Assembly: GCA_034780895.1 (NCBI GenBank)
Contig: JAUZTB010000027.1
Location: 34,282,929 to 34,346,928 of the forward strand
Length of the DNA stretch: 64,000 nucleotides
Direction of reading: 5' to 3'
DNA from: Rhynchobatus australiae
Taxonomy: Eukaryota
The notes beneath the pieces were generated by a model. It did no database searches and was not told the origin of the DNA. It was given only the letters and a program-made list of their open reading frames with translations. This document shows, one piece after another, positions 1-12,842 of the stretch; position 1 is the stretch's first letter; every line of letters starts with the position of its first letter. The translations under genes and the position numbers were made by a program.

Positions 1-3000
1 GTATTTCTTGAAGCTTTCCGGTTATGAAATCCGACCTGGTTTTAGTGAATTGCAATATTGTCTGCTGTCTTCGCTCGACAGTAACGCTTCCACACCCTTT
101 GTATTTTCCATTTTCTTCCACAACGCTCTCTCACAACATGCACAGTAATATGGTTTGTGGTCGGCATTGATCAATTATCAACCATTTACATTTCTCTTCT
201 GGTCTTTCACTGAAACCATGTTGCATGACATGAGCTTGTGATTTTTCACATTAATCCGTAATTTAGTTTCTACTGGTCTGCTGGTAAACAGCAGTCACAA
301 AATCAACACATGTATTTCAAATTACCAAAATAGTTTGACTCAACTGCAAGTTTTGCTTATGTTACCCATTTTCTAAGACTGGGCCTTCTGTTCCTTGGAG
401 AGTTCAATGATTCCACGTGACTTTATAACGGAGGTTCTGTGTTTTACAAATCAGAAAGGTATATTTTCATGATATTTTAAAATGATGGAAGTGATATCAC
501 AGCATTTTAAACACTTTATTTTTTTTGCTGTTTTTCTAACTACTTCTGACTTTTACATTGTTCAGTTCATGCTTTATTTTCCTTCATTCATTCCTGTTTG
601 TCAATTTTACTTTTTCTCTTGGTTGTGTGAAAGCTAATAAAATTCTCTTTCAAAACAATGCATCTTGGAACTGTTTGCTTGTTAATGGCTCCACAAACAA
701 TACTTATGAGCCAGGATTTATACACTGTTGTAAAAGTCTTAAAACTATTCAAAGTGTAGTAGGACGTCCCGTGATTGATAGCACAGGACCTCATTTAAGC
801 CCCCTGTTATTCATTAATATTAATTACAAAGTCTTACCTATTTACTGTTGTTACTGCCACAACAAAAATACATCAGTAAAATATATGACCTTGTTGATTC
901 CAGATTTTAGGTACAAACAATTAGCCTTTGGGGAAAAGTTATTGATCTATATTTTTGGAAGCATGACAGACCCTTGCTTTACTCCATCAAACATACCTTT
1001 ACTCTTCCAGAGTTTATCTGATTTAATCCATTCCACCTTTCTGCAGAGGTATTCCACTTTGTTCACAAGAATCTAACAACTCTGGTCCTTCGTGACTATT
1101 TTCTGAAATTAAAAACCCAGACACTGGTCCAGATGTCTTAAGAGATAAGGGCAAGCTAATTTGTGTCACAGAGGACCTGAGGAGTAGGAATTCATGTATA
1201 TATCATCACGTAGTTATTAGCCAGGCCCACTTCTAACCCAACACAAACATCTTCTATAGACCTTGATTCAGACTTGGCAGTGTTAAGCAAATACCCTCTA
1301 GCAATGTGTTGTATTAGACTGAAATAAAAGTAGACATGAATGGCAATAGAAACAGTAAAGTATTGTTTTCATTTTCAATGTCAGCCATAGAGTTAACTGG
1401 TCTTAAAGTAAAATCCCTCCAAATGCTGATGTAAGTAGTTGCTTATACAAATGAGCTATTGAATATCAACAATCTTATTTGGTAATAAAGCACTGATGTT
1501 TGTAATACCAACAATGATGCAGTATGGGAAGGGAATGTCTATGGAACAGTTTATCTAGGAGGATATGACAGCTGTATCCGATCAAAATTGAGAGCAGTGA
1601 TTGATTTTGATGGAGAGAAATCACCTTCATTGCTAAGAAGCTTATTCAAAACCTAGGACACCTTATACTGAGATTAGCCTTAGAGGCATGTTTTTTCCCC
1701 CCANNNNNNNNNNNNNNNNNNNNNNNNNNNNNNNNNNNNNNNNNNNNNNNNNNNNNNNNNNNNNNNNNNNNNNNNNNNNNNNNNNNNNNNNNNNNNNNNN
1801 NNNNNNNNNNNNNNNNNNNNNNNNNNNNNNNNNNNNNNNNNNNNNNNNNNNNNNNNNNNNNNNNNNNNNNNNNNNNNNNNNNNNNNNNNNNNNNNNNNNN
1901 NNNNNNNNNNNNNNNNNNNNNNNNNNNNNNNNNNNNNNNNNNNNNNNNNNNNNNNNNNNNNNNNNNNNNNNNNNNNNNNNNNNNNNNNNNNNNNNNNNNN
2001 NNNNNNNNNNNNNNNNNNNNNNNNNNNNNNNNNNNNNNNNNNNNNNNNNNNNNNNNNNNNNNNNNNNNNNNNNNNNNNNNNNNNNNNNNNNNNNNNNNNN
2101 NNNNNNNNNNNNNNNNNNNNNNNNNNNNNNNNNNNNNNNNNNNNNNNNNNNNNNNNNNNNNNNNNNNNNNNNNNNNNNNNNNNNNTAATCTGCTCCTGCT
2201 GTAACCACTGAAGTGGATTATTTGTAAGTGAATAGTGGTTTTCCCTTCTAGTTATTCCTAGGAGCGTTTTTTTTTAACCAAGAATGTCACACTGACATAT
2301 TATTGCAGGGATTAAAAGTTCAGTCTGCCATAATGGCTCTGCTACTAACATAAATGGATAGTTTGTGCCAGACACTGGAGACGAGGTATTCTGTCCCTAT
2401 CCACCTGGTACTAAGCATGCAAAGGGACCTAGTGCTCAATGAAAGGATGCAAGGGACTTAAATCTTCTTAGGTGATTTGGGGCAGTAAAAAAAATTGGCT
2501 GCATCTCCACACAAAGATGAAACATGGAAAATGTAAATATGCTTAATTTTTTTTGTTCCCTGGTGAAACAAGAGACCAAAAATTACTGAATATTAATGAC
2601 TAAAGAACAGAAGAAAGGAGTAACCATTATCTTTCCAAAGTTCTTACCTTGCCAAGATCCTCCTTCCAGACATCATAGAAAATGTTCAAAGCAGAAATGC
2701 TTCTTAAGCCTTCTCCTCAATCGTACATTAAAATGGCAGCTAGTTCATTGGGGGGAAAATCTTATTTACTGGTGGTCATCCTTTGATATATTGGTCAAGA
2801 TTTGGTACCTACAATTAGTGACTTTATAACTGAGCTGGGCCTGTCTAAAATTAGAATCTTAAGTATTCCATTAACAAGAATGAGCTCAATAAAGGAGACA
2901 TGCAGTTTCCATTTAGGATGATGGATACCTGGGATTGATTATAAAGCCATATTATGGTTGAGGAAGTAGAGAATGCCAAAATCTGCAAATACAAATCTTG

Positions 3001-4756
3001 AAACATTTCTGACTGTTGTCAGATTGTAAAAAAATTATAGCAATTTGTGTAAAATTGGATATGGAAATGGTCTGCCATCAAGGTAATATGTATTACTTTC
3101 CAGTGAAGAAAAAATTTGGATTTGAAATATGTACATTTCTTTCAAGGACTGCAGAGACTGTGAACAGGAAGTACTTAAAGAGAAGAAATAAACCAAAATT
3201 TGTTCTGTTATTTAAGTATTAGTGCCTTTCTAAAATAACAAGAGCTTTTTGNNNNNNNNNNNNNNNNNNNNNNNNNNNNNNNNNNNNNNNNNNNNNNNNN
3301 NNNNNNNNNNNNNNNNNNNNNNNNNNNNNNNNNNNNNNNNNNNNNNNNNNNNNNNNNNNNNNNNNNNNNNNNNNNNNNNNNNNNNNNNNNNNNNNNNNNN
3401 NNNNTGGACATGAGAATATGCCTGCCTGCCCATGCTCATGAGTTTTTCTTAGCAGGCTAATGATGACCCGTGGCAAAATAACTGGTTCAGATTACTGTGA
3501 TCTAAACTTCTCCAGAAACTGTTTATTTTAGACTAATTCAGGTTAAACTGGTGTAAGTGCTAATGTTTACAGGACTTGGGCTGATTCATTGAGTACTTAA
3601 ACCTGACTGCTTAAGGAAACAATTGGAATCAGTTTCTGGAAAAGTAAAACTGAACACTTTGAACTGGGCGCTTACAAAGAGAACTTAAACAGATACAAGT
3701 TTAAACAAGTCTATAAATAGAACTGCTTTACTTGAGTGCTAGAAACTAATCCAGATGTACACAGGATCCTGTGGAAACTTTATTCACTGGTGCCCATACT
3801 TTGATTTCATGAAACTTTCAGGTATCAAAAGGCTAAAGGATCACAGTACATCAGTATTGACTATGTTATCCAGATGTTTGTGCAAACAATTCATTTTCTC
3901 ATAAACAGAAGAGACTGAAATCTGGGTAAAATAGTTGAACANNNNNNNNNNNNNNNNNNNNNNNNNNNNNNNNNNNNNNNNNNNNNNNNNNNNNNNNNNN
4001 NNNNNNNNNNNNNNNNNNNNNNNNNNNNNNNNNNNNNNNNNAGTTGAACATGGTTCAAGATGGAGAGTAATACCAAACTAAACAAGTAAGCATTTTTTTT
4101 AAATCACATTGGCTTCAAGACCAGATGAACCCAAGTCCCAGATTTTGCAGACATTGGACTGCTACCGGTGATTATCCCATCCCAGAATTACTTGATGTAG
4201 ATGCATCGGGCCCATGTCACTAACTTGAAGCATCCTAGAGTCCATGGAAGTCCGAGAATGAACAGGGCCTCAATTAACACAATGAAGCTCCATCCATGAA
4301 ACCTCTTAAATACCGGGGAACCTCAGGGTGATGCTCCACTGATAGACTTCCCTAAATTTTGGAAAATACAGCGACAACTACTCATATGTTGTTTTTTCAG
4401 ACTTCCACTTTTGACAACACATGCATGAAGTAGTGGGCTTCCTGCTATTTAATTGGGATGGATCTGCCAGCATAATCCAGGCCAAAATCTCAAATTGCTT
4501 TGCAGTACCCAGTGGTTAATTATTTTACAAATGACCATTCATCACATAAGCATTAAAGAGAAGATTAACTTGAGTCATTAATAATGCTTATTTAAATTTA
4601 GTTTTGTGTGATTTTTATTCACTGTCTGTCTTGGGAAATGAACGAATTTCTCTTTCTTGCCATTTAGTTCCTTTAATTGAACAATGGCGGCAAACTATAG
4701 GCTTAACAGCTGTGAGGCAAAACTCTCTCCATTTTCCTTGGAATATTATTTTCTTT

Positions 4757-5641
4757 AAATAGGTGGTGTTGTAGATAGTGTAGAAGGTTATGAAAAATTA
4801 CAGGGAGATCAGTAAATTACAGGGAGTGCATAGTTCACTGAAATGGATTTCAATAAGATAAATGAGAGGTTTTACANNNNNNNNNNNNNNNNNNNNNNNN
4901 NNNNNNNNNNNNNNNNNNNNNNNNNNNNNNNNNNNNNNNNNNNNNNNNNNNNNNNNNNNNNNNNNNNNNNNNNNNNNNNNNNNNNNNNNNNNNNNNNNNN
5001 NNNNNNNNNNNNNNNNNNNNNNNNNNNNNNNNNNNNNNNNNNNNNNNNNNNNNNNNNNNNNNNNNNNNNNNNNNNNNNNATATACAACATGTTGGTGAGG
5101 CCGCATTTGGAATATTGTGTACAGTTTTGGTCATGCTGTTATAGGAAAGATGTTATTAAACTAGAAAGTGCAGGAAAGATTGACCAGAACGTTGCCTGGA
5201 CTTGGGGGTCTGAGTTACAAGGAGGGGTTGCGTAGACTAGGACTTTATTCCCTGGAACGCAGGAGATTCAGGGGTGACCTGATAGAGGTATATAGGATCA
5301 TCAGAGGCATAGATAGGATGAAAGCACATAGTCTTTTTCCCAGGGAGGGAGCGCTAAAAACAGGAGGGCATAGGTTTAAGATTTAAGGTGAGAGATTTAA
5401 AGAGACATCAGGGGCAGCAGCTTCATGCAAAGGGTGGTGCATATTTGGAATGAGCTGCTAGAAATACTGGTTGAGACAGGCATATTAGTAGCATTTAAAA
5501 GCCATCTAGATAAGTACATAGATAGGACAGGTTTAGAGGGCTATGGGACAAACATGGGTAGATGGGACTAGCTCACTGGGTAACACAGTCAGCATGGATG
5601 AGTCAGGCTGAAAGGCCTGTTCCCATGCTGTATGACTCTAT
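4757..5641 (+). mobile_element. CR1 LINE 3' fragment (RT C-terminus and 3' UTR), degraded, interrupted by N-run
   Basis: Translates to KIGGVVDSVEGYEKLQGD, YNMLVRPHLEYCVQFWS..YRKDVIKLE and LPGLGGLSYKEGLRRLGLYSLERRRFRGDLIEVYRI, all hallmark CR1 ORF2 motifs. Frameshifted, and ends in the CR1 tail ggctgaaaggcctgttcccatgctgtatgactctat. Confidence 0.95.
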
Positions 5642-7494
5642 TAGTTTTCTTTTTTTCGGATGAATTTTCTTGAAATAATTGGTAGAGTCACTGAACGAGA
5701 TCACCAAATGATGACCAGTGTTGCAACTGAATATCGTCTCCTGCACAAATACATATCTCCTTTGGAAGTCTGTACTTGTAAATATTCATGAATTGATTGG
5801 TAATTTTCACTAAAAGGACTAAGTGGAATTGCCTATACTTGCGCCAAAAACAATGCTAAAGATCTTGGAAACAGAATATAATATTCAATTTACCATAAAA
5901 TTAGTGGGACAAAATATGAATATGCAGATTGTGGAATATGATCCTTGGGTCTTCTCATAAGAATTCATGCCTTAGGTCACCAGAGAAGTAATTGTCTAAA
6001 TACTAACCTCCTTTCCATAATCAGTAGAATAGGTTTAGGGAAGGGGTTTTAAAAATGTTAAATATTTGTAACATAACTTCAGTCTACACAAAAAGCCAAT
6101 ATCATTCCAAAGCAACAAACGTGGAAGCATAGGACATTATGGAGAGGTGGGAGACTTAATTAGTATATTTAAGATCATGCAGAATGAGTATATTTGAGCT
6201 GAAGATAAGTTTTGCTGCATATGTTTCCCAGGGCCACAAGACATGGCTGCAGACAAGGGTTGGGAATGTTTGGCTTTCCAAGATAAATATCCATATCAAA
6301 ACTTTTCATATGCCTGGAGGAGCTGACTTAGTTCTCTCAGACTCCTCCAGAAAGTCTCGACTCAGTCCAGTACCTCCCAGTTGCAAACCCAAGTCCTTTC
6401 CTCTTCCTCTCAATTACAAACTCTGCTCCCTGGTACTTGACAGGATCAGCCTGAGGAAGTTCCCTTGCTGGGACTTCCTTCCTTCCACAGTTGTCTACAT
6501 GCCAGGAAATGAAAGATGCGTTACAAGGTGTTGATGAAGACCCGCAGGGCCTCTGCTCCTGAGCTACTGATTATCCTCACCCAAACTCTCCCTGCTGAAT
6601 ATGAAAGAAAAGTTTGGAACCAACTTGTTTTTTTATTCTCAAAAGGGTTTGGACTGGTTTTTTAAACTAATTTTCATTGCTTATGTGAGCATCAAAGAAC
6701 TTATCAGAATGTCCTTCCTTCCCTCTTTATTGGGAGATTAAGCATCTGAGTGGGAAAGGACAGTATGCATTTTGATGTCCAAAATAACACAACTGAGTGA
6801 GACCACCTGTAAGTTTCGCATTTCCATCCGTCTCATAAATCCAAATATTTATTGGGGTTAATTTTCCTCATTTCCTCAATTTACCTACCTTCTATGATTT
6901 GTTTTAATAAAGTTATATCTAATACCACATAAACCTAGTTTAATAATCATGATTAAAGAAAGATTTTCACCTTTCATACCCTCTGTATGTCTCAAAGAGC
7001 AGTGTAATTACAATTGTGATGGAGGAAATTGCCAGAGCTCATCATTCGGTGGTTCAACAGAACATCATTGAGATGTAAAGTTCGAATACAGTTGATCCAG
7101 ACTGACTAAAATGCTCCCAGATTTGACATCTTATCTGGCACTGTGATAAGGATGATATCATTTGCCTTTGTGCCAAGGGATAGAGGATATCTGTGACTCT
7201 AATTAGTTATGATCATGGTCTGCCACCAAGCAGAGTTTGGGTTACAAATGAAGAATTGCCTCAATGAGATATTGGGAGACACTGCCACGTTCCAATCTGG
7301 CTCAGCACCATGATTTAAAATAAAGTTCCCGTGGATTAAAATAAAGGCTTACCAATCAGCAACAACTGACAGAAAGTATGTTTCAACATATTGCAATTTC
7401 TATGAAATGAAGATTGGCATCAAAATAACGTATCATTACTCAAACTAAACTGTTCGGAGTGCTTTATGGATAGTAATTGCTTTAAGCCAGTTGC

Positions 7495-7558
7495 AGAAAC
7501 TATAAAAGTTTATAGCACAGAACAAGGAGGCCCCTCAGCCCAACCTACCCATGCTGGA
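7495..7558 (-). mobile_element. CR1 3' tail remnant
   Basis: tatagcacagaacaaggaggcccctcagcccaacctacccatgctgg is the reverse complement of the CR1 tail motif seen at 5590-5640. Confidence 0.55.
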
Positions 7559-7699
7559 AGTTAATATGGTCAATGCACATCTTGTGGGACTCTAATATGA
7601 AGTGTCAAACTTAAGCTTATCCATAATTCAAATACCTATATATGCTATCCATATGAAGTCCTATGCCTTTGCCATTGTCTTTGCTGACTTAACGAAAGA

Positions 7700-7960
7700 G
7701 AACAATATTGCCTTCATCTTCAAATCCCTACAGGGTCTTGTTTCTTTTCAAAACGTACCTCTTTCAAAATGAATTTTGTTCTCTTCAACATTTGGTCTTT
7801 GTCCCCTTTGATCCAGTACCTTTATCCATCTGATCTTCACACTCTCAGTCCAACCTTCCACCATGTTTTCCCTTCCTTCACTTCATTTGTTTGTAATTTC
7901 CCTCCATTGAAATGCCTTGGAACATTTAGCCACTGGAAAAAAAGTACAAAATGACTGCTA
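7700..7960 (+). mobile_element. L2-like LINE 3' remnant (highly degraded)
   Basis: ttcaaatccctacagggtcttg resembles the L2 FKSLHGL motif. The end tgaaatgccttggaacattt resembles the L2/SINE tail gtgaagcgccttgggacgttt. Confidence 0.4.
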
Positions 7961-8049
7961 TTTAACATGCAGTTACTTCTGTTGTGTGGTATAACTACCA
8001 ATAAGAAACTCAAAGCTACTGGAAAGACAGGAATGCACAGAATATGTTA

Positions 8050-8210
8050 ATAGAGGAAACAGACAAGCAGGTGGATTGGGTGGACACATGACAAATGAAA
8101 TTTAACATGAAAAATACGGTGTTCCATTTGGTGGGGGGGATGAGGAGATGCACTCTAAACGAGGCACAATTCTGAATAGAGTATATGAACAGATCTGGGT
8201 GTTATGTGAA
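8050..8210 (+). mobile_element. CR1 LINE RT fragment (old)
   Basis: tgggtggacacatgacaaatgaaatttaac...catttgg...gatctgggtgttatgtg is a decayed W.DTWQMKFN...HFG...DLGV. Confidence 0.7.
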
Positions 8211-8227
8211 AAGAAGTATTAAAATAC

Positions 8228-8382
8228 AACATACAACAGGATATTGATAGAATGCAGACCTGGGTGGAGAGGTAACAGATGGAGTTCAACCCGAATATGG
8301 GGAGAATAAATGGAGTTCAAATTTGATCTCCCGAAGTGTATCACTTCGGGAGAGCAACTTTGACGGCAGAATACAAGGTTAA
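8228..8382 (+). mobile_element. CR1 LINE RT fragment with internal micro-inversion, running into N-run
   Basis: Reads QQDIDRMQTWVER*QMEFNP ... HFGR..L.AEYKV. The motif EVIHFGRSNL appears on the minus strand within it. Confidence 0.85.
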
Positions 8383-9287
8383 NNNNNNNNNNNNNNNNNN
8401 NNNNNNNNNNNNNNNNNNNNNNNNNNNNNNNNNNNNNNNNNNNNNNNNNNNNNNNNNNNNNNNNNNNNNNNNNNNNNNNNNNNNNNNNNNNNNNNNNNNN
8501 NNNNNNNNNNNNNNNNNNNNNNNNNNNNNNNNNNNNNNNNNNNNNNNNNNNNNNNNNNNNNNNNNNNNNNNNNNNNNNNNNNNNNNNNNNNNNNNNNNNN
8601 NNNNNNNNNNNNNNNNNNNNNNNNNNNNNNNNNNNNNNNNNNNNNNNNNNNNNNNNNNNNNNNNNNNNNNNNNNNNNNNNNNNNNNNNNNNNNNNNNNNN
8701 NNNNNNNNNNNNNNNNNNNNNNNNNNNNNNNNNNNNNNNNNNNNNNNNNNNNNNNNNNNNNNNNNNNNNNNNNNNNNNNNNNNNNNNNNNNNNNNNNNNN
8801 NNNNNNNNNNNNNNNNNNNNNNNNNNNNNNNNNNNNNNNNNNNNNNNNNNNNNNNNNNNNNNNNNNNNNNNNNNNNNNNNNNNNNNNNNNNNNNNNNNNN
8901 NNNNNNNNNNNNNNNNNNNNNNNNNNNNNNNNNNNNNNNNNNNNNNNNNNNNNNNNNNNNNNNNNNNNNNNNNNNNNNNNNNNNNNNNNNNNNNNNNNNN
9001 NNNNNNNNNNNNNNNNNNNNNNNNNNNNNNNNNNNNNNNNNNNNNNNNNNNNNNNNNNNNNNNNNNNNNNNNNNNNNNNNNNNNNNNNNNNNNNNNNNNN
9101 NNNNNNNNNNNNNNNNNNNNNNNNNNNNNNNNNNNNNNNNNNNNNNNNNNNNNNNNNNNNNNNNNNNNNNNNNNNNNNNNNNNNNNNNNNNNNNNNNNNN
9201 NNNNNNNNNNNNNNNNNNNNNNNNNNNNNNNNNNNNNNNNNNNNNNNNNNNNNNNNNNNNNNNNNNNNNNNNNNNNNNNNNNNNNNN

Positions 9288-9425
9288 GTTTCCTCCGGGT
9301 GCTCTGGTTTCCTCCCACATTCCAAAGACGTATGGGTAGGTTAACATGGGTTTAAAATGGGTGGTGCTGACTTGTTGGGCCGGAAGGGCCTGTTACCACG
9401 CTGTAAATAAAATTTAAAATTTTAA
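9288..9425 (+). mobile_element. V-SINE/HE1-like SINE, 3' part
   Basis: V-domain core gtttcctccgggtgctctggtttcctcccacattccaaagacgt followed by a CR1-derived tail gggccggaagggcctgttaccacgctgtaaat. Confidence 0.85.
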
Positions 9426-9770
9426 GATCATGAAAGATGTAGATGGAGTCGGCAGAGAGAAACTGTCCCATCTGGCAGAAGGAGGAAGCATCGGAGGGAC
9501 AAGGAATGAAGTAATCTACAGACTGTTTCTTTCCCTCTGCAACCCCGCCCCTCCCCCCCTTAGTGTGTGTGCATTGCTCTGCTAGGGAAGCTGGGGGCAG
9601 GGAGCAATTCAACCATGGTGTTCAAAATGGAGCTGTGTAAGTAATCATAAGGAAATAAATTGTAGAGCTGTGTGAAGAATGTGGGGTTGTGGGACTAGTT
9701 GGATTGCCTTTGTTGAGCTGGCACAGACTTGATGGCTGAATGGCCTCCCTTTGTGCTGTAAACTTTCTGA
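9425..9770 (+). mobile_element. CR1 3' end remnants
   Basis: tttaagatcatgaaag...agagaaactgtccc, then the tail gagctggcacagacttgatggctgaatggcctccctttgtgctgtaa. Confidence 0.65.
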
Positions 9771-12764
9771 ATCCGATTTGTATTTCTCTTTCATTCATTT
9801 TAGGAAAACTCATGCCAATCAAAGTTTTATTGCATAAAAATCATTTCAACCATTCCACCACATCACTCTTTTCTCGAAAGGCTTACAAATCAGTACACAT
9901 TTATTTTAGTCCAATATAAATATTGTAACTTAGGGGAATAAGATGCAAATAATGATTTTGTAGATACCAAAGGGCATGTGATTCATTCCCTTTGCTATGC
10001 TAAAATGGTCAAAATTTGCAAAGACTTCAGGCAAAATTTTACAGTGAGGTGCTCCGTGCTCTCATCTAGTTATTGAATAGCTTTCTCAGAGAGGCTTATT
10101 CAGTTCACAATAAAAGGTTTCATCAGGACCCTATTGGCATGTTATGAGCATAACAGACAAGAACTGATTGCACAACATGATGGATTAGCAGTACATTTGG
10201 GAAAGAAACAGAAAACAGGAAATGCAAATTGCTGAGGTTACTAAAAGAAAGGACCAGCTTTTTGCCAGCATGTTCCTTATGCTATCCCACGGAGACTGCC
10301 TGCAATTTGGCAGATCTTCCCAAAAAGTAAACAGAACACACCAAAGTAAAGCAACCTATCATAGACACTAAACCAAGAGGGATACTCTGAAGTGCTCTAT
10401 GAAGGGAAAAGTGGCATAGTGTGCCAAATAAACAAAAAACACTCGATCAGGACCATCTGCTGGGGAAGAGCTAAAGAGGAATGAGAGTCTGTGTCTTGAG
10501 AGATAAATTGTGGCTAGAAACAATTTTCCAAACTGCATCACAAATTGTCGGCAGAAATGTGTCAATGCACAACATTTGGAGAGCCTATTGATAAAAAGAA
10601 AACACTTTAGCCCATTAAGGTTGGGGTGATCTAGGAAACCAACCACTAGGACATGCTTTTGTGATAACAGTAGTTGCAACCCGAGGTGTGGAATGTGACA
10701 TAGACATCTTGATATATACAGAATGCAATGTTGCCTATGGAAATGGGCCCCAGTTAACACCAATGCTGCAATGACTTTAAATGGTACCCAAGCGAAGTAT
10801 AAGTTTTGCTAGTGCCGGATTCAAAAATTGGGACAACTTTCAAATACTGAGAGCTTATCAGGCCAAAAGCTGCTGATGAACTAAGAATCCATCTGATTTT
10901 CGAAAGTAATGCATTAGATTGAAAATTCCCTCATGGATTGATAATGTTTGTACCTTGGGTATTAAAGAAAGAACAGTCATCTTGTAAATTAAATTGTTAA
11001 CCATTTTGTGGAGCACTTATACTGTTTATAGATAAACATGAGAAGTTTGAAGTACTTGAAACCTGATCTGGCTGAAAGTAACTGTTTGGCAAATGGGCAA
11101 ATTCAAAGACCTCCTGTGTGTGCACCCAGTTATTTTAATAATTTATGAAGATACAGAAAGCATTGCACAAATGAGCAAGTACAATTGATCAAATGACCTA
11201 AATCTGCAGTTAAATACATAGTAAACCTGCTGTAAATTTTGTGAATTACTAAAGCCCTTTGTGAGTACTGCTGAAACCTGTTATCGATTTTCATTAGACA
11301 ATATGGACCCCTGATCTTATCTTTTGGGTACACCCAGTGTTGTGGGGGTGGGGTAGGGTTGTGGAATTTGGAAAGCAAAATTGGGCAGGATATGTCTTCT
11401 GATTATTTTTTCTGCAATTTTCCAAGACAGACAAACTGGCCATCAAGGGATGTGGAGCTGGTGGGGGTAGGAGGTGGGAAAGATATAAAAGGCAGCACAA
11501 GTCTGCATCTGGGCAGGGAACAGATAGGTTAAGTCATTTTCTGGGTTGAGAAAGATTGAGAGAATGGACAGTGATTTATGGGATTCCAGTTACAGGTACA
11601 GGTGGTTTGATCACAAAGGGAAGGGAGCAGATGGAGGTGGGAGAGGGTTGGGCTAGCAGACAGATCATGGAGGGTAGGTACATAGGTAAGTTTATTGACC
11701 TGAGCAAGCACATCAATTTTTTCTGGTCCACATGCAGTCTAAGGCACTTACCTTCTTGAGCCCCTCAACTCCATTGGATTTAAAGGCCTGGGAAGCTCAG
11801 CAATTTGCTGTTAAAAATAGAGTCCCTATCAGAATCAAGATGCACAGCCTTTGTAAAGTACTTAAAAAAATCTGCTGACCATCAAGATGGATGACCATCT
11901 ATATGTCCTCACTAAAAGAGCAGATGGTTAGGATCAAGGTTGGTTATTGTGCCAGTGAAGGGAGTGTACTGACTACCTTTGCATAGGCAGTGATGGTAAT
12001 ACTTACTCCCTGCTTTGAAGTCGACTTGGAACTGTGAGCTTTATTGTAATTTATTAGAATGGAATCTGCACAATATGGTTGCCTGTTATTCCATGTGCAA
12101 TTCTATTCTGAATACATTAAAGTAGAATTGCAGAAAATTATATAATCACAGGCATTTCTGAATTCACTGATATTATCCTACTGGAATACAGAATTGTCAT
12201 CTTGCATTTATTATCAATGTTAGTATCAAAATGCAGAAAACACTGTAGCAGCAAGAGTCAACTATTTTGAAAGTTCCAAGAGGTAACCATTACTTCGGTT
12301 ATTACAGATTTGGTTTTGGTTCCAGTAGTTTAAAACTGCAAGCTCAATGTTTTTATTTTATTGATGCATTTTTCTTACCATTTAACTGTGTCAAATAAAG
12401 CCTCACTTGGACATGAATTGATCTACGTCATAGAACCAATATATTACCTGTTGACAGCTAAATATTCCATCCATTCTGTGCCATTTTTCTTCAGATCAAA
12501 ATATTGTAATTATTGAAGATTATATTTCCCCTTACTCTATGATGGGGTATTTTCCCACACTTTGTGCATTGAATGGGAATAAAATTTTATTTTTCCATAT
12601 TTATATAGCAGCCAGAAACATAGCCAGATTTGTCCATGCAAGCACAATGAGGGGAGAATTGACTTTGATTCTTTGTCCCCTGCACGGTTGATAGTGCTAG
12701 CGCTGCCTACTGAGTAGAGCTTACTTGAAAATAATATTGGCATGACTTCTGATTTATTTTTCAT

Positions 12765-12813
12765 ATATAGACACACACTTACATATAGACACCCACACAC
12801 ACGCAAACACATA
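12765..12813 (+). repeat. degenerate (CA)n/(TA)n microsatellite
   Basis: atatagacacacacttacatatagacacccacacacacgcaaacacata. Confidence 0.6.
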
Positions 12814-12842
12814 CGGATGGTAGTAAGTGGACTATAAAAGAA

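Noticed and set aside
558-1076. 172-aa ORF, the longest N-free ORF in the window
   Set aside because: Non-ATG start, low-complexity F/L/I/S composition typical of AT-rich DNA, no recognisable domain, and the 3' part overlaps a probable antisense CR1 remnant.
7300-7320. TCAGCACCATG REST/NRSF-like site
   Set aside because: Only the left half-site is present; the GGACAG right half is absent.
12096-12132. 10-bp inverted repeat tgcaattcta...tagaattgca
   Set aside because: Short and AT-rich, compatible with chance, and too small for a pre-miRNA.
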